From Candidatus Nanopelagicales bacterium (GTDB taxonomy: Bacteria; Actinomycetota; Actinomycetes; S36-B12), in the NCBI GenBank assembly GCA_018609125.1, contig JABAYF010000003.1:8879-72878 (forward strand): a stretch of 64,000 bases of DNA, read 5' to 3'. Positions 29,749-39,135 of the stretch are shown here, in pieces. The position numbers and the translations under genes are program-made. Position 1 is the first letter of the stretch; the number at the start of each line of letters is the position of its first letter. The notes beneath the pieces were generated by a model that worked only from the letters and a program-made list of their open reading frames with translations, was not told where the DNA came from and ran no database searches.

Positions 29749-30059
29749 TTTGGGTGACGGTGCTGGGTGCCTCGCTATCGTGCTATTTGCTGAAACTTCT
29801 CGGTTACGTTGTGCCTCAACATGTGTTGGAGAAGCCGGCCGTCCTACGAGTAACAGCTTTAATCCCCGTGGGATTCCTCGCTGCCCTGCTCGCCGTTCAA
29901 ACCGTGGCGGGTGACGGTGGTGCCCTCACCATCGATGCGCGTGTCGCCGGATTGGCTACCGCGCTGGTCGCGCTACTTCTGCGGGCACCTTTCCTTCTCG
30001 TCATCATTTCCGCAGCCGCCACCGCTGCTCTTACACGAGCGCTTGGACTCATGTCATGA
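29745..30059 (+). CDS. azlD: AzlD family small membrane protein
   Basis: ATG 29745 overlaps the azlC stop (ATGA). MIWVTVLGASLSCYLLKLLGYVVP..., about 104 aa, 3-4 TM helices. Confidence 0.7.
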   Translation: MIWVTVLGASLSCYLLKLLGYVVPQHVLEKPAVLRVTALIPVGFLAALLAVQTVAGDGGALTIDARVAGLATALVALLLRAPFLLVIISAAATAALTRALGLMS

Positions 30060-30583
30060 GGGAACCCGTGCGCAAGCCCATCTTCACCATGTTTTTCACA
30101 CCGAAGCCCAACCAGCCCGGCCTCGGACAACTGAAGTGGCTGCGCATTCCCGCACGCGGGCCCCTTCGGGTCATGACTCTCCTGCTCGCTTCCATCCTGA
30201 CTGCGTCGTGGGTTGGGGCCGCCCTCTTCGCGGTGGCTGCGTCGAGAAATCTGACCCAACTAGCAGTGGGCCTGGCAATTGTGTTCTTAACTCTTCCACT
30301 GCTCGCGATCGGCATCCGCGGCTGGACCGTAGGAACCTACGTCAATGATGCCGGCGTGAAGATTAGTCGTTGGTGGTCAACCAATTACCTGCCCTGGCAG
30401 CAGATCCAAAGCGTGGACGTGACGAGCGCGACCGGGGGTGAGCGTGTGGTGTGCGTTACCCAGGTCGGAGATGTTGCCACCACCGTGTCTAGACGCTCCC
30501 CAGACATGTGGGGGCGCCCACACACCTGGCTCTCCGCCCGCGATCGACTACACCTGTGGTGGCGAGAGACCAGGGAAAGTTAG
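30056..30583 (+). CDS. hypothetical membrane protein (2 TM helices plus a possible bacterial PH-like domain)
   Basis: ATGA coupling to azlD. Two hydrophobic helices are followed by GWTVGTYVNDAGVKISRWWSTNYLPWQQIQSVDV. Confidence 0.55.
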   Translation: MREPVRKPIFTMFFTPKPNQPGLGQLKWLRIPARGPLRVMTLLLASILTASWVGAALFAVAASRNLTQLAVGLAIVFLTLPLLAIGIRGWTVGTYVNDAGVKISRWWSTNYLPWQQIQSVDVTSATGGERVVCVTQVGDVATTVSRRSPDMWGRPHTWLSARDRLHLWWRETRES

Positions 30584-31038
30584 CGAAACAGCGGTCCGCC
30601 GGGGGCCCGGGCTAAGCGGATGGACTCTCGCATGGCTTCACGCGCGCGGCCGCGATCTCGAGCTGCGTCATAGGCTAGCCCGAGTCGATACCACCCCGCC
30701 CAATCATCTTCATCCTGCTCAACACGCACTTTCTCTCTTGCAAACCATTCCTGAGCCGCCGGCAATTGCACGCGGCCGGAAGGTGTGCGGGGAAAGTCAT
30801 CCACGGGTAGGTCACCGATCTCAGCGAGGGTGCGCCCGATGGTTTGCAACTGTCGACCAAAGCTCACTTCACGCCACACCAGCCAGACGCCCAGTGCGGG
30901 AATGATCAGCACCGCAACGCCAAGCGCGGCGCCCACGATCGTCCCACTGTCCAGGAAAGCCCAGCCTCGAACACCGGCCAGGACGATATAGGCACCCACC
31001 GCACCGACGAGGACGACCACCCAGACGCGCGCGTTCAT
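30580..31038 (-). CDS. hypothetical membrane protein downstream of dapB
   Basis: Two N-terminal TM helices and a helical C-terminal domain. ATGA-type overlap with dapB. Position equivalent to the conserved TM protein next to dapB in mycobacteria (from memory). Confidence 0.55.
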   Translation of the reverse strand: MNARVWVVVLVGAVGAYIVLAGVRGWAFLDSGTIVGAALGVAVLIIPALGVWLVWREVSFGRQLQTIGRTLAEIGDLPVDDFPRTPSGRVQLPAAQEWFAREKVRVEQDEDDWAGWYRLGLAYDAARDRGRAREAMRESIRLARAPGGPLFR

Positions 31039-31772
31039 CGGTCGAGCAACGCCTCAAGACCAACGGTGAGACCAGGGCGTGTCGGCGCTGTTCGCACCGC
31101 GAGTAACACCCCGGGCATGTAGGACTCGCGGTCAAAGGAGTCGTGTCGCAAAGTGAACACATCTCCGGCGCTGCCAAAGAGCACTTCCTGATGCGCGATG
31201 AGACCGCGAAGGCGAACGGAATGAACCGGGATATCGCCTACCCGGACGCCTCGAGCCTTGCGGTCTGTCTCATCCGTTGAATCAGGACCGGGCGTCACGT
31301 TTGCGGCCCGGCGCGCATCGGTCATCATGTGCGCGGTCAACCGCGCGGTACCACTTGGTGCATCAAGCTTTTCCGGATGGTGCAATTCGATAATTTCGGC
31401 AGACTCAAAGAACGGAGCAGCCTCGCGGGCAAACCTCATCAACAACACCGCACCCAGACTAAAATTTGGGGCGACAATGACACCAAGGTTTGGTTGGGCC
31501 GCAACAGCTTGACCGACTGTCAGCAATTGGTCTTCATTGAATCCTGTCGTCCCAATTACCGCATGCACGCCAGCGGCGATGTATCGATCGATGCGATCCA
31601 TCGCATCGTCGGGGGTGGCGAAGTCGACAACCACGTCGGCGCGGGCAACATCGGCGAGAGTGTCGCCCACATCCATCGTGGCAACCAGTGACATATCTGT
31701 TGCTGCTTCCACCGCCTGACACACCGTGGCACCCATGCGGCCACGACTGCCGACAACAGCGACGTTGATCAT
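31035..31772 (-). CDS. dapB: 4-hydroxy-tetrahydrodipicolinate reductase
   Basis: MINVAVVGSRGRMG NAD(P)-binding N-terminus and ELHHPEKLDAPSGTA motif. The ORF-track start 31796 is a GTG abutting the upstream stop. Confidence 0.9.
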   Translation of the reverse strand: MINVAVVGSRGRMGATVCQAVEAATDMSLVATMDVGDTLADVARADVVVDFATPDDAMDRIDRYIAAGVHAVIGTTGFNEDQLLTVGQAVAAQPNLGVIVAPNFSLGAVLLMRFAREAAPFFESAEIIELHHPEKLDAPSGTARLTAHMMTDARRAANVTPGPDSTDETDRKARGVRVGDIPVHSVRLRGLIAHQEVLFGSAGDVFTLRHDSFDRESYMPGVLLAVRTAPTRPGLTVGLEALLDR

Positions 31773-31796
31773 GGATGCCAGCCTATCGCCAGCCAC

Positions 31797-33119
31797 CTAT
31801 ACGGCTGCCTTGAGCCGCTGGGCGGCCCTGCCCTTGATCGGCCCAATGACCGCCAGGGTGGGTGGCCCTGAAACGATCTGAGCCGCCACCGACTTCACCT
31901 CAGCACTATCTACCGCGTCGATATGGGCGAGCACCTGCGACATTGAGGGAACATCGCCGAAGTGCAATTCCGATCGTCCGATGCGCGACATGCGCGAACC
32001 GGTGTCCTCCTGACTGAGCACCAAACTGCCCACGACCTGCCCACGACCACGTTCAAGTTCTTCATCGCTGACCCCGTTCGTCGCTACATCAGCGAGGACA
32101 TCGCGGCTAATGGCCACGACATCGTGCACCTTGGTGGGTTGGCAGCCCGCGTAAACCCCCACAAGGCCGGTGTCAAGGAAATTGGCCGAGAATGAATACA
32201 CCGAGTAGGCCAGGCCACGCTGCTCGCGGATGGCTTGAAAGAGCCGGCTGGACATGCCGCCCCCCGTAATGGCGTTTAGGACAGCGAGGGCGTAACGACG
32301 TGAATCGTGGCGCGGGATGCCGGTGTAGCCCAGCAGCACGTTGGCCTGTTCGATCTGCCGGTGCACAACGGCGCTGGTGCCTGCGAATGGTGACCGACGC
32401 GCGGTGTGTAGCGGCCATGCCAGCGGCTGGGCGTCGGGATAATCAGCAAGACCGATCAAAGACTTGCGGACCAGCGAAACCACCTCGCCGTGCTGCACAT
32501 TGCCGGCCACTGCGATGACCATGTTGGATGGCACATACCTACCCCGATAAAAGGATCGAATACCGCGCGCCGACAGGGACTGAATAGAATCGATCGTGCC
32601 CAAAATGGGTCGACCCAGCGGGGTATCTCCAAAATGAGTCGACATGGCGAGATCGTGCACGCCATCGGCAGCATCATCCTCGGTCATGGCGATCTCTTCC
32701 AAAATCACGGCCCGCTCGCTGTCAATGTCTGCCGATGCCAGTAAACCGTCGCTGACCAGATCGCCCACGACATCAATGGCGAGGGCTACATCACGGTCGA
32801 GCACCCTGGCATAGAAACAGGTGTACTCCTTGGCAGTAAACGCATTCATTTCACCGCCGACCGCATCAATCGTGGACGATAAATCCCAAGCGCTGCGCCG
32901 ATGCGTTCCCTTGAACAGAAGGTGCTCGAGGAAGTGAGCTGCTCCGCGCTGTCGCGTGGTTTCATCGCGGGAGCCCACACCGATCCAGGCCCCAACCGCG
33001 GCACTTCTTACACCCGGGATGTGCTCGGTAATGATGCGCAGCCCGTTGAGCAAAGTAGTGCGGCGCACCACCGCTCCGTCACCTGATTCAGTCAGGGTCT
33101 GAGTAGTGGCGCGCCGCAT
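31797..33119 (-). CDS. M16 family zinc metallopeptidase (pitrilysin-like)
   Basis: Inverted zinc motif HFLEHLLFKGT (HxxEH). 440 aa. Conserved position between pnp and dapB. Confidence 0.85.
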   Translation of the reverse strand: MRRATTQTLTESGDGAVVRRTTLLNGLRIITEHIPGVRSAAVGAWIGVGSRDETTRQRGAAHFLEHLLFKGTHRRSAWDLSSTIDAVGGEMNAFTAKEYTCFYARVLDRDVALAIDVVGDLVSDGLLASADIDSERAVILEEIAMTEDDAADGVHDLAMSTHFGDTPLGRPILGTIDSIQSLSARGIRSFYRGRYVPSNMVIAVAGNVQHGEVVSLVRKSLIGLADYPDAQPLAWPLHTARRSPFAGTSAVVHRQIEQANVLLGYTGIPRHDSRRYALAVLNAITGGGMSSRLFQAIREQRGLAYSVYSFSANFLDTGLVGVYAGCQPTKVHDVVAISRDVLADVATNGVSDEELERGRGQVVGSLVLSQEDTGSRMSRIGRSELHFGDVPSMSQVLAHIDAVDSAEVKSVAAQIVSGPPTLAVIGPIKGRAAQRLKAAV

Positions 33120-33163
33120 GAGAACTTATTCGCTCTTCGTTACTGGAGTAATCGCCGCGGTAA

Positions 33164-35356
33164 CTATTCGCTCGCGTCAGCGATAACAGGCGCCAGGCTC
33201 AACTTGCCACGGGGATCAATCTCTTTGATCTCCACCTGAACCTTGTCGCCCACCTTGAGGACTTCTTCGACGTTTTCGATCCGCTTCTGGTTAGGAGCAA
33301 GCTTTTTTATCTCAGAGATGTGCAGCAAACCATCGCGGCCGGGAACCAGCGATACGAATGCCCCGAAGGTTGTGGTCTTAACCACAGTGCCTAGGTAGCG
33401 CTCGCCGACCTCGGGCATGGTCGGGTTGGCAATGGCATTGACCTTCGCCCGTGCCGCCTCAGCAGCATCGCCGTCGGTCGCACCGATGTGAATGGTGCCG
33501 TCATCTTCGATGGTGAGAGTCGCGCCGGTGTCTTCTTGAATCTGATTGATGATCTTGCCCTTGGGCCCGATGACCTCACCGATCTTGTCGACAGGGATCT
33601 TGATGGTGATGATCCGTGGCGCATACTGCGACATCTCGTCGGGTGCATCAATCGCCTCGGTCATGACATCAAGAATCGTCATGCGAGCATCATGGGCCTG
33701 ACTCAAAGCCGCGGCAAGCACCGAGGCAGGAATACCGTCTAACTTGGTATCGAGTTGCAGAGCCGTCACGAAGTCGCGCGTGCCAGCGACCTTAAAGTCC
33801 ATGTCGCCGTATGCATCTTCAGCTCCGAGAATATCGGTGAGAGCAACGTACTCAGTGGCTCCATCGACTTCACCGCTGACCAAGCCCATTGCGATGCCAG
33901 CAACCGGTGCACGTAGCGGAACACCAGCGTTGAGTAGTGACATGGTTGAGGCACATACCGAACCCATTGAGGTGGATCCGTTCGAGCCGAGCGCTTCAGA
34001 CACCTGCCGAATCGCGTAGGGGAACTCATCGCGACTGGGCAGCACCGGCATGAGGGCACGCTCTGCAAGAGCACCGTGGCCGATTTCACGACGCTTGGGG
34101 CTGCCTACCCGGCCGGTCTCACCGGTCGAGTAAGGCGGGAAGTTGTAATTGTGCATGTAGCGCTTGCGGGAGAGAGGATTGAGAGTGTCCAACTGCTGTT
34201 CCATGCGCAACATGTTCAACGTGGTGACACCCAAAATCTGCGTCTCGCCGCGCTCGAACAAAGCCGAACCGTGGACTCGCGGCAGAACCTCAACCTCAGC
34301 GGACAGGGTACGAATATCAGAAGGACCGCGTCCGTCGATGCGTACCTTGTCGCGCAACACCCGCTCGCGTACAGATGCCTTGGTGACTGCCCGAACCGCC
34401 GCACTCAACTCTTTTTCGCGACCTTCAAACTGCGCACCGAGTGACGACACGACGTCTGCCTTGATTCCATCAAGTGCATCTTCGCGTTCGGCCTTGCTCA
34501 CGATGGTCATGGCCTCGTCAACGCGGGCCTTCGCCGCGGTCGACACAGCCGCATACACGTCGTCCTGGTATTCCAAGAAGACCGCGAACTCCTGCGCGGG
34601 ACGGGCCGCGGTGGCAGCGAGCTGCTGCTGTGCCTCGCACAGTGCGCGAATGAATGGCTTCGCGGCCTCAAGGCCGGCCGCCACAACATCTTCGGTAGGG
34701 GCTGTTGCGCCGCCGCGGACCAGATCGATCGTGGTCTCAGTGGCTTCAGCCTCGACCATCATGATGGCAACGTCGTCGCCAACCACCCGACCGGCAACGA
34801 CCATGTCGAATACCGCTCGCTCCAACTGGGAATGCTTGGGGAATGCCACCCACTGGCCATCAATCAAGGCAACGCGAACACCACCGATGGGGCCATTGAA
34901 AGGAAGACCCGACAACTGCGTGGATGCCGATGCTGCGTTGATAGCCAAAACGTCGTAGAGATCATCGGGGTTGAGCGCCATCACCGTGATGACTACCTGA
35001 ACCTCGTTGCGCAGGCCCTTGGCGAACGTGGGTCGCAACGGGCGGTCGATCAAGCGACAGGTAAGGATTGCGTCCTCGCTGGGACGGCCCTCGCGTCGGA
35101 AGAATGAGCCGGGAATGCGGCCAGCCGCATACATGCGCTCTTCAACGTCGACGGTCAACGGGAAGAAGTCCAAGTGATCCTTGGGTGACTTGGAGGCTGT
35201 CGTTGTGCTCAGTAGAAGCGTGTCGTCGTCGAGATACGCCGCAACAGCTCCGCCAGCCTGACGAGCGAGGCGACCTGTTTCGAATCGGACGGTGCGTGAA
35301 CCGAAGGCGCCGTTGTCAAGAATTGCCTCGGTGGTAGTGATGGAAGAACCCGCCAT
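33164..35356 (-). CDS. pnp: polyribonucleotide nucleotidyltransferase (PNPase)
   Basis: Two RNase PH domains, KH (IGPKGKIIN) and S1 ([13 protein letters not shown]) domains. 730 aa. Confidence 0.95.
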   Translation of the reverse strand: MAGSSITTTEAILDNGAFGSRTVRFETGRLARQAGGAVAAYLDDDTLLLSTTTASKSPKDHLDFFPLTVDVEERMYAAGRIPGSFFRREGRPSEDAILTCRLIDRPLRPTFAKGLRNEVQVVITVMALNPDDLYDVLAINAASASTQLSGLPFNGPIGGVRVALIDGQWVAFPKHSQLERAVFDMVVAGRVVGDDVAIMMVEAEATETTIDLVRGGATAPTEDVVAAGLEAAKPFIRALCEAQQQLAATAARPAQEFAVFLEYQDDVYAAVSTAAKARVDEAMTIVSKAEREDALDGIKADVVSSLGAQFEGREKELSAAVRAVTKASVRERVLRDKVRIDGRGPSDIRTLSAEVEVLPRVHGSALFERGETQILGVTTLNMLRMEQQLDTLNPLSRKRYMHNYNFPPYSTGETGRVGSPKRREIGHGALAERALMPVLPSRDEFPYAIRQVSEALGSNGSTSMGSVCASTMSLLNAGVPLRAPVAGIAMGLVSGEVDGATEYVALTDILGAEDAYGDMDFKVAGTRDFVTALQLDTKLDGIPASVLAAALSQAHDARMTILDVMTEAIDAPDEMSQYAPRIITIKIPVDKIGEVIGPKGKIINQIQEDTGATLTIEDDGTIHIGATDGDAAEAARAKVNAIANPTMPEVGERYLGTVVKTTTFGAFVSLVPGRDGLLHISEIKKLAPNQKRIENVEEVLKVGDKVQVEIKEIDPRGKLSLAPVIADASE

Positions 35357-35540
35357 GGGTTGTCTCCTTTATCTGTGAAGTGTCCATAAAGGCGATGAAC
35401 CCCGGCGCGGGCTAGTTACGTCGGTCTTCGATCGAGGCTGTCGGGAATAAAGCCCGGCAACCACTACCGAGGACCGCGGTCGCACTAGTGCCCGAGGTGT
35501 CCTCGCATGGTCAACTGTGATGGTTAATGAGTGGTGCTCG
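35357..35540 (-). promoter_or_regulatory. rpsO-pnp intergenic leader with hairpins
   Basis: CGAGGAC (35468-35474) pairs with GTCCTCG (35499-35505). CCTTTAT (35366-35372) pairs with ATAAAGG (35386-35392), and this second stem overlaps the pnp Shine-Dalgarno AAGGAG. Confidence 0.4.
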
Positions 35541-35810
35541 CTAGCGACGCAAACCCAGTTTTTCGATGAGAGCGCGATAGCGGTTGATGTCGGCGGCGGC
35601 AAGGTACTTCAGCAGACGACGACGCTGGCCCACGAGGAGAAGCAGGCCTCGACGTGAGTGGTGGTCATGCTTATGTGTCTTGAGGTGCTCGGTGAGGTCG
35701 GTGATTCGACGACTCAGCATCGCAACTTGAACCTCGGGGCTACCGGTGTCTTGAGCGGATGAACCAAATTCGGCGATGATCTCGCTCTTGGTAGCAGACG
35801 TAAGTGGCAC
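35541..35810 (-). CDS. rpsO: 30S ribosomal protein S15
   Basis: 89 aa, ...[35 protein letters not shown]... Confidence 0.95.
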   Translation of the reverse strand: MPLTSATKSEIIAEFGSSAQDTGSPEVQVAMLSRRITDLTEHLKTHKHDHHSRRGLLLLVGQRRRLLKYLAAADINRYRALIEKLGLRR

Positions 35811-35926
35811 GGTGTGTTTTCCTCTCGGGCGCGGTCAGAACCGACACACGTTGCGCCGGGGACGATAAGTCGCGAATTTCGGGGCGCCCGCCCCAAAACC
35901 GTCAAGCTGACTGTATCAGTGCCGCA

Positions 35927-36877
35927 CTAGGCCCTCGGGTGCGCACCAAGGATCGTACGTGCGCGTTCGACATCATCGTTCATTTGCTGCACCAGACCAT
36001 CGATCGAGTCAAAAACCGCCTGACCGCGAATCCGTGCCACGAACTCAACCCCCACCGACTCGTCGTACAGATCAAGGGTGTGATCGTGAAGGCAATACAC
36101 CTCAACCGTGCGCGCGGTGCCATTGAACTGCGGGTTGGTGCCCACCGAGATCGCAGCCGGCAACACCGTCGTGTGCGGCGGGGTCCCGCGCAGCAGCCAG
36201 CCGGCATATACGCCATCGGGTGGGACCGCATACGGCAGGGACAGTTCAACGTTAGCGGTGGGGAAACCCAATTCGCGACCACGCTTCTCACCGTGAACCA
36301 CGGTGCCCTCTACGCGATGGGGTCGCCCGAGAGCCCGGGCCGCCCCGGGCAGATCACCGGCAGCGATACGTTCGCGGACGAAACTCGATGACCACGTCAC
36401 GGTGCCTTCATCGCGAACCTCCTCGGTCACCAATTCCACCACCTGGACGTTGAACCCACGTTCTTTGCCCAATTGGGTCAGGAGTTCGATATTGCCGGCT
36501 GCGTACTGGCCGAAGCGAAAATTCACACCGGCCACGATCACGTCCACCGGCACCGGGTTTTCGTGTTCGTCAACCACGTCGGCAACGATGGAGTCAATTA
36601 ACTGATCCACGAATTGTTCCGGTGACAGCGCGCTGAATTCGGGAGTGAATTCAATGACGCGCACATGGTCGGCGCCGGCAGCGTGCAGCAGTTTGACTCG
36701 GCGATCGATGCCGCTGAGCAGCAGCGGGGCTGATTCCGGCCGCAAAATGGCAGCAGGATGAGGATTGAACGTGACAATCGTGACGGGCCCGCCCTCTGAT
36801 CGTGCGATGGCCTGCTGAACAAGTGCCTGGTGGCCGCGGTGGACCCCATCGAAAACGCCGATCAACACAACATGCAC
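35927..36877 (-). CDS. ribF: bifunctional riboflavin kinase / FMN adenylyltransferase
   Basis: IGVFDGVHRGHQAL, GFPTAN and PQFNG motifs. 316 aa. Confidence 0.9.
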   Translation of the reverse strand: MHVVLIGVFDGVHRGHQALVQQAIARSEGGPVTIVTFNPHPAAILRPESAPLLLSGIDRRVKLLHAAGADHVRVIEFTPEFSALSPEQFVDQLIDSIVADVVDEHENPVPVDVIVAGVNFRFGQYAAGNIELLTQLGKERGFNVQVVELVTEEVRDEGTVTWSSSFVRERIAAGDLPGAARALGRPHRVEGTVVHGEKRGRELGFPTANVELSLPYAVPPDGVYAGWLLRGTPPHTTVLPAAISVGTNPQFNGTARTVEVYCLHDHTLDLYDESVGVEFVARIRGQAVFDSIDGLVQQMNDDVERARTILGAHPRA

Positions 36878-36952
36878 GGCCGGATCCTGTCACACGAAAG
36901 GGCACATGGGAGTATGTGGCTCCATTGCGCGCTCACGCATGGAAGGGACGTC

Positions 36953-38086
36953 ATGGCATCACGTCTGGTACTGCACATCGGCACCCAAAAGTCAGGAACC
37001 ACCTATCTGCAGCGCGTCCTGGCACACCTCTCCGCTGAACTGAGCGATGCCGGCGTGCTTTACCCCACCCGGATAGGCGGACGGGGGCCGGTGTACAACC
37101 ACGAGGCGGCGGCCTATGGCCTACTAGGCACCGAGTCCTTCCCCTGGGTGTCCCCGGCACGAGCAACAGCCCAAGAGTCGGTGTGGTCGCGACTGGTCGA
37201 GCAGGTCCAGCAGTGGCCCGGGCCAGTTGTCGTTTCCGGCGAAGCTCTCTCGGTCGTGAATGCCGACGCAGCCCGACGCTTGGTGGAAGCCTTGGCCGTC
37301 ACTCCGACCGACATCATCATTACCGCACGCGATCTGGGGAGGGTAATTCCTAGTTCGTGGCAGCAACACATCCGCAATGGGCGCAGCACCACCTTCTCTG
37401 CCTATCTTCGCCAACTATCCCAACGGCGTGGAGCTTCCGCCGGTGAATCAACAAACGCGGAATGGGAACTCGACCCCGATCAGACTTTCTGGCGCGCGTA
37501 TGCGATCGGATCACTGGTCAACCGCTGGTCGCCGCTGGCTCGCAGCGTCACGGTCGTACCAGTGCCACGCGGTGGTGCTGACCCGCACGAACTGTGGCAG
37601 CGGTTTGCTACCTCCCTGGAATTAGGACATGTGCTTCCCCACATACCTCCACACATTGATTCGATCGGCGCAAACGTCGGCATCACCGAACCCGAAGCGC
37701 TCGTGCTGGCCGGATTGAATCGACAGTCTCGAAATTCTTCACTGACAGATCCGGCGCTCCGGCAATTGCGCGGCCGAATCGTGAAGGATGCCTTCGTGCC
37801 ACGGGCCGATCGCGGTAACCCGGTTCGCCTGCCCCCGGCGTGGCTTGACCAGGTTCGGGCATGGGCTGATGCCGATGTGAATGATCTCATGCGCACCGAC
37901 GCAAAAATTGTTGGTCCCGTCGAGGACCTTCGCGTCGATGCCTCCCTGCGGGCCGGTGTCTCAACGCCACCTCAGCAGGTGGCGTCAGCGGCAGGGGCAG
38001 CTCTCTACCTGCTCAATCAGCCGCCACCTGCCGAGGCACCAGCAGCTCCCACACGAAAAAAACGGCGCGGTCCCCGTAGCGGGTAG
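36953..38086 (+). CDS. sulfotransferase-fold protein, paralogue A
   Basis: LHIGTQKSGTTYLQRVL resembles the PAPS 5'-phosphosulfate loop (PKSGTTW). IIITARDLGRVIPSSW has the R-x7-S spacing of the 3'-phosphate motif. ATG 36953 is preceded by GGAAGGGA. It is a paralogue of 39136..40221. Confidence 0.6.
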   Translation: MASRLVLHIGTQKSGTTYLQRVLAHLSAELSDAGVLYPTRIGGRGPVYNHEAAAYGLLGTESFPWVSPARATAQESVWSRLVEQVQQWPGPVVVSGEALSVVNADAARRLVEALAVTPTDIIITARDLGRVIPSSWQQHIRNGRSTTFSAYLRQLSQRRGASAGESTNAEWELDPDQTFWRAYAIGSLVNRWSPLARSVTVVPVPRGGADPHELWQRFATSLELGHVLPHIPPHIDSIGANVGITEPEALVLAGLNRQSRNSSLTDPALRQLRGRIVKDAFVPRADRGNPVRLPPAWLDQVRAWADADVNDLMRTDAKIVGPVEDLRVDASLRAGVSTPPQQVASAAGAALYLLNQPPPAEAPAAPTRKKRRGPRSG

Positions 38087-38127
38087 CATTGCAAGGCTGT
38101 GCAACCACCGGCCCCTAGACTGCTGCC

Positions 38128-39126
38128 GTGCTGCTCGTCGTCTGTGGAATGCATCGATCCGGATCAACACTCGTTTGGCAGATCGCTCGCCATCTCGTGT
38201 CCGACCAGCCTGGCCTGCGCAACCCTCGCGGACTGTCAACGTCACAGTTCCCCGCCGCTGCGGCTGATTGTGACGACCTGCTGATGGCAAAAGTGCACTT
38301 TCGTCCCGCACTTGAACGCGATGACTTTCCGCAGGTGGGCGCAAAATATCTCTACACCTATCGCGATGTGCGCGATGTCATGGCGTCGCTTTACCGAAAA
38401 GGCCGCGCAAAGCCAGAGGATCCCGAACGCGGTCCTCGCAGTAGCAGGCTCGGTGCCCGACGCGAACTGCGCGGCGATACCTTCTGGCGATCGCGTGACT
38501 CGGTGTGGATCGGCAAGTACGAGCAATTCAAAGATGATGTGCCTCAACTAGTGCGAGACCTGGCCGACTTCCTTGAAGTGGATGTCACTAGCCAACGCGT
38601 AGACGCGATCGTGGCCGACGTAGACATGCAGGCCCAGCAGAGCCGCGCGGTTGACGCTAAGGCCCACGGGGTTGATGATGACCTTCGCGTCACCTCCAAC
38701 CACATCACCGATGGACGTATGGGCGCGTGGCGCGACACGTTGACCACCGAAGAATTGATCGCAATCGAAGCAGAAAGTGCCGGTTGGTTGGTGGAGCACG
38801 GCTATGAATTAGAGACCGCGGTGGGTAAACGTCGCGCCGCTCAAACCCAATCCGCCGACAGCGAAGCAGAGCCAGCACCAGATCTGCGTGAACACACTCA
38901 GCCCCAGGGCAACGATGTGAAACTCGGGGTACTAACGCTCGCTTCATCCGCCACGGCTGCAGGCGCCATGTTCACCACCCAGCGCAATTCCGGCGTATCG
39001 AATCTCCTGTGGGTGGCCGCGCTGCTGTCCACCAGTGCGCTGGCGTATCGACTAGGTCAGCAGCGTGTTGGGTTTGCGGCTGCTCCAGCGACCATCCTGT
39101 CTTCCCTTCGCTCCTTCGGTTCTTAG
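38128..39126 (+). CDS. PAPS-type sulfotransferase with C-terminal membrane anchor
   Basis: GMHRSGSTLVW (5'-PSB), YTYRDVRDVMASLY (3'-PB) and DGRMGAWRDTLTTEE (GxxGxW..LT) motifs. The C-terminal 90 aa contain two hydrophobic segments (LGVLTLASSATAAGAMF, LLWVAALLSTSALAY). GTG start, with an in-frame stop 12 nt upstream. Confidence 0.75.
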   Translation: MLLVVCGMHRSGSTLVWQIARHLVSDQPGLRNPRGLSTSQFPAAAADCDDLLMAKVHFRPALERDDFPQVGAKYLYTYRDVRDVMASLYRKGRAKPEDPERGPRSSRLGARRELRGDTFWRSRDSVWIGKYEQFKDDVPQLVRDLADFLEVDVTSQRVDAIVADVDMQAQQSRAVDAKAHGVDDDLRVTSNHITDGRMGAWRDTLTTEELIAIEAESAGWLVEHGYELETAVGKRRAAQTQSADSEAEPAPDLREHTQPQGNDVKLGVLTLASSATAAGAMFTTQRNSGVSNLLWVAALLSTSALAYRLGQQRVGFAAAPATILSSLRSFGS

Positions 39127-39135
39127 GACTAGGGA

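Noticed and set aside
33123-33173. Direct repeat AACT(T)ATTCGCTC at 33123-33135 and 33162-33173, flanking the pnp/peptidase junction
   Set aside because: It is short (12-13 nt). One copy is simply the last codons and stop of pnp (ASE*). It is most likely coincidental.
35881-35894. GC hairpin GGGGCgcccGCCCC between ribF and rpsO as an intrinsic terminator
   Set aside because: On the transcribed (minus) strand the stem is followed by GAAATT rather than a U-tract. On the + strand it is followed by A residues. It does not fit a canonical terminator.
36830-36952. N-terminal extension of the first sulfotransferase-like ORF, overlapping the ribF start
   Set aside because: The internal ATG at 36953 has a good Shine-Dalgarno (GGAAGGGA) and begins directly at the conserved beta-strand/P-loop (MASRLVLHIGTQKSGTT). 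The extension would overlap the divergent ribF.
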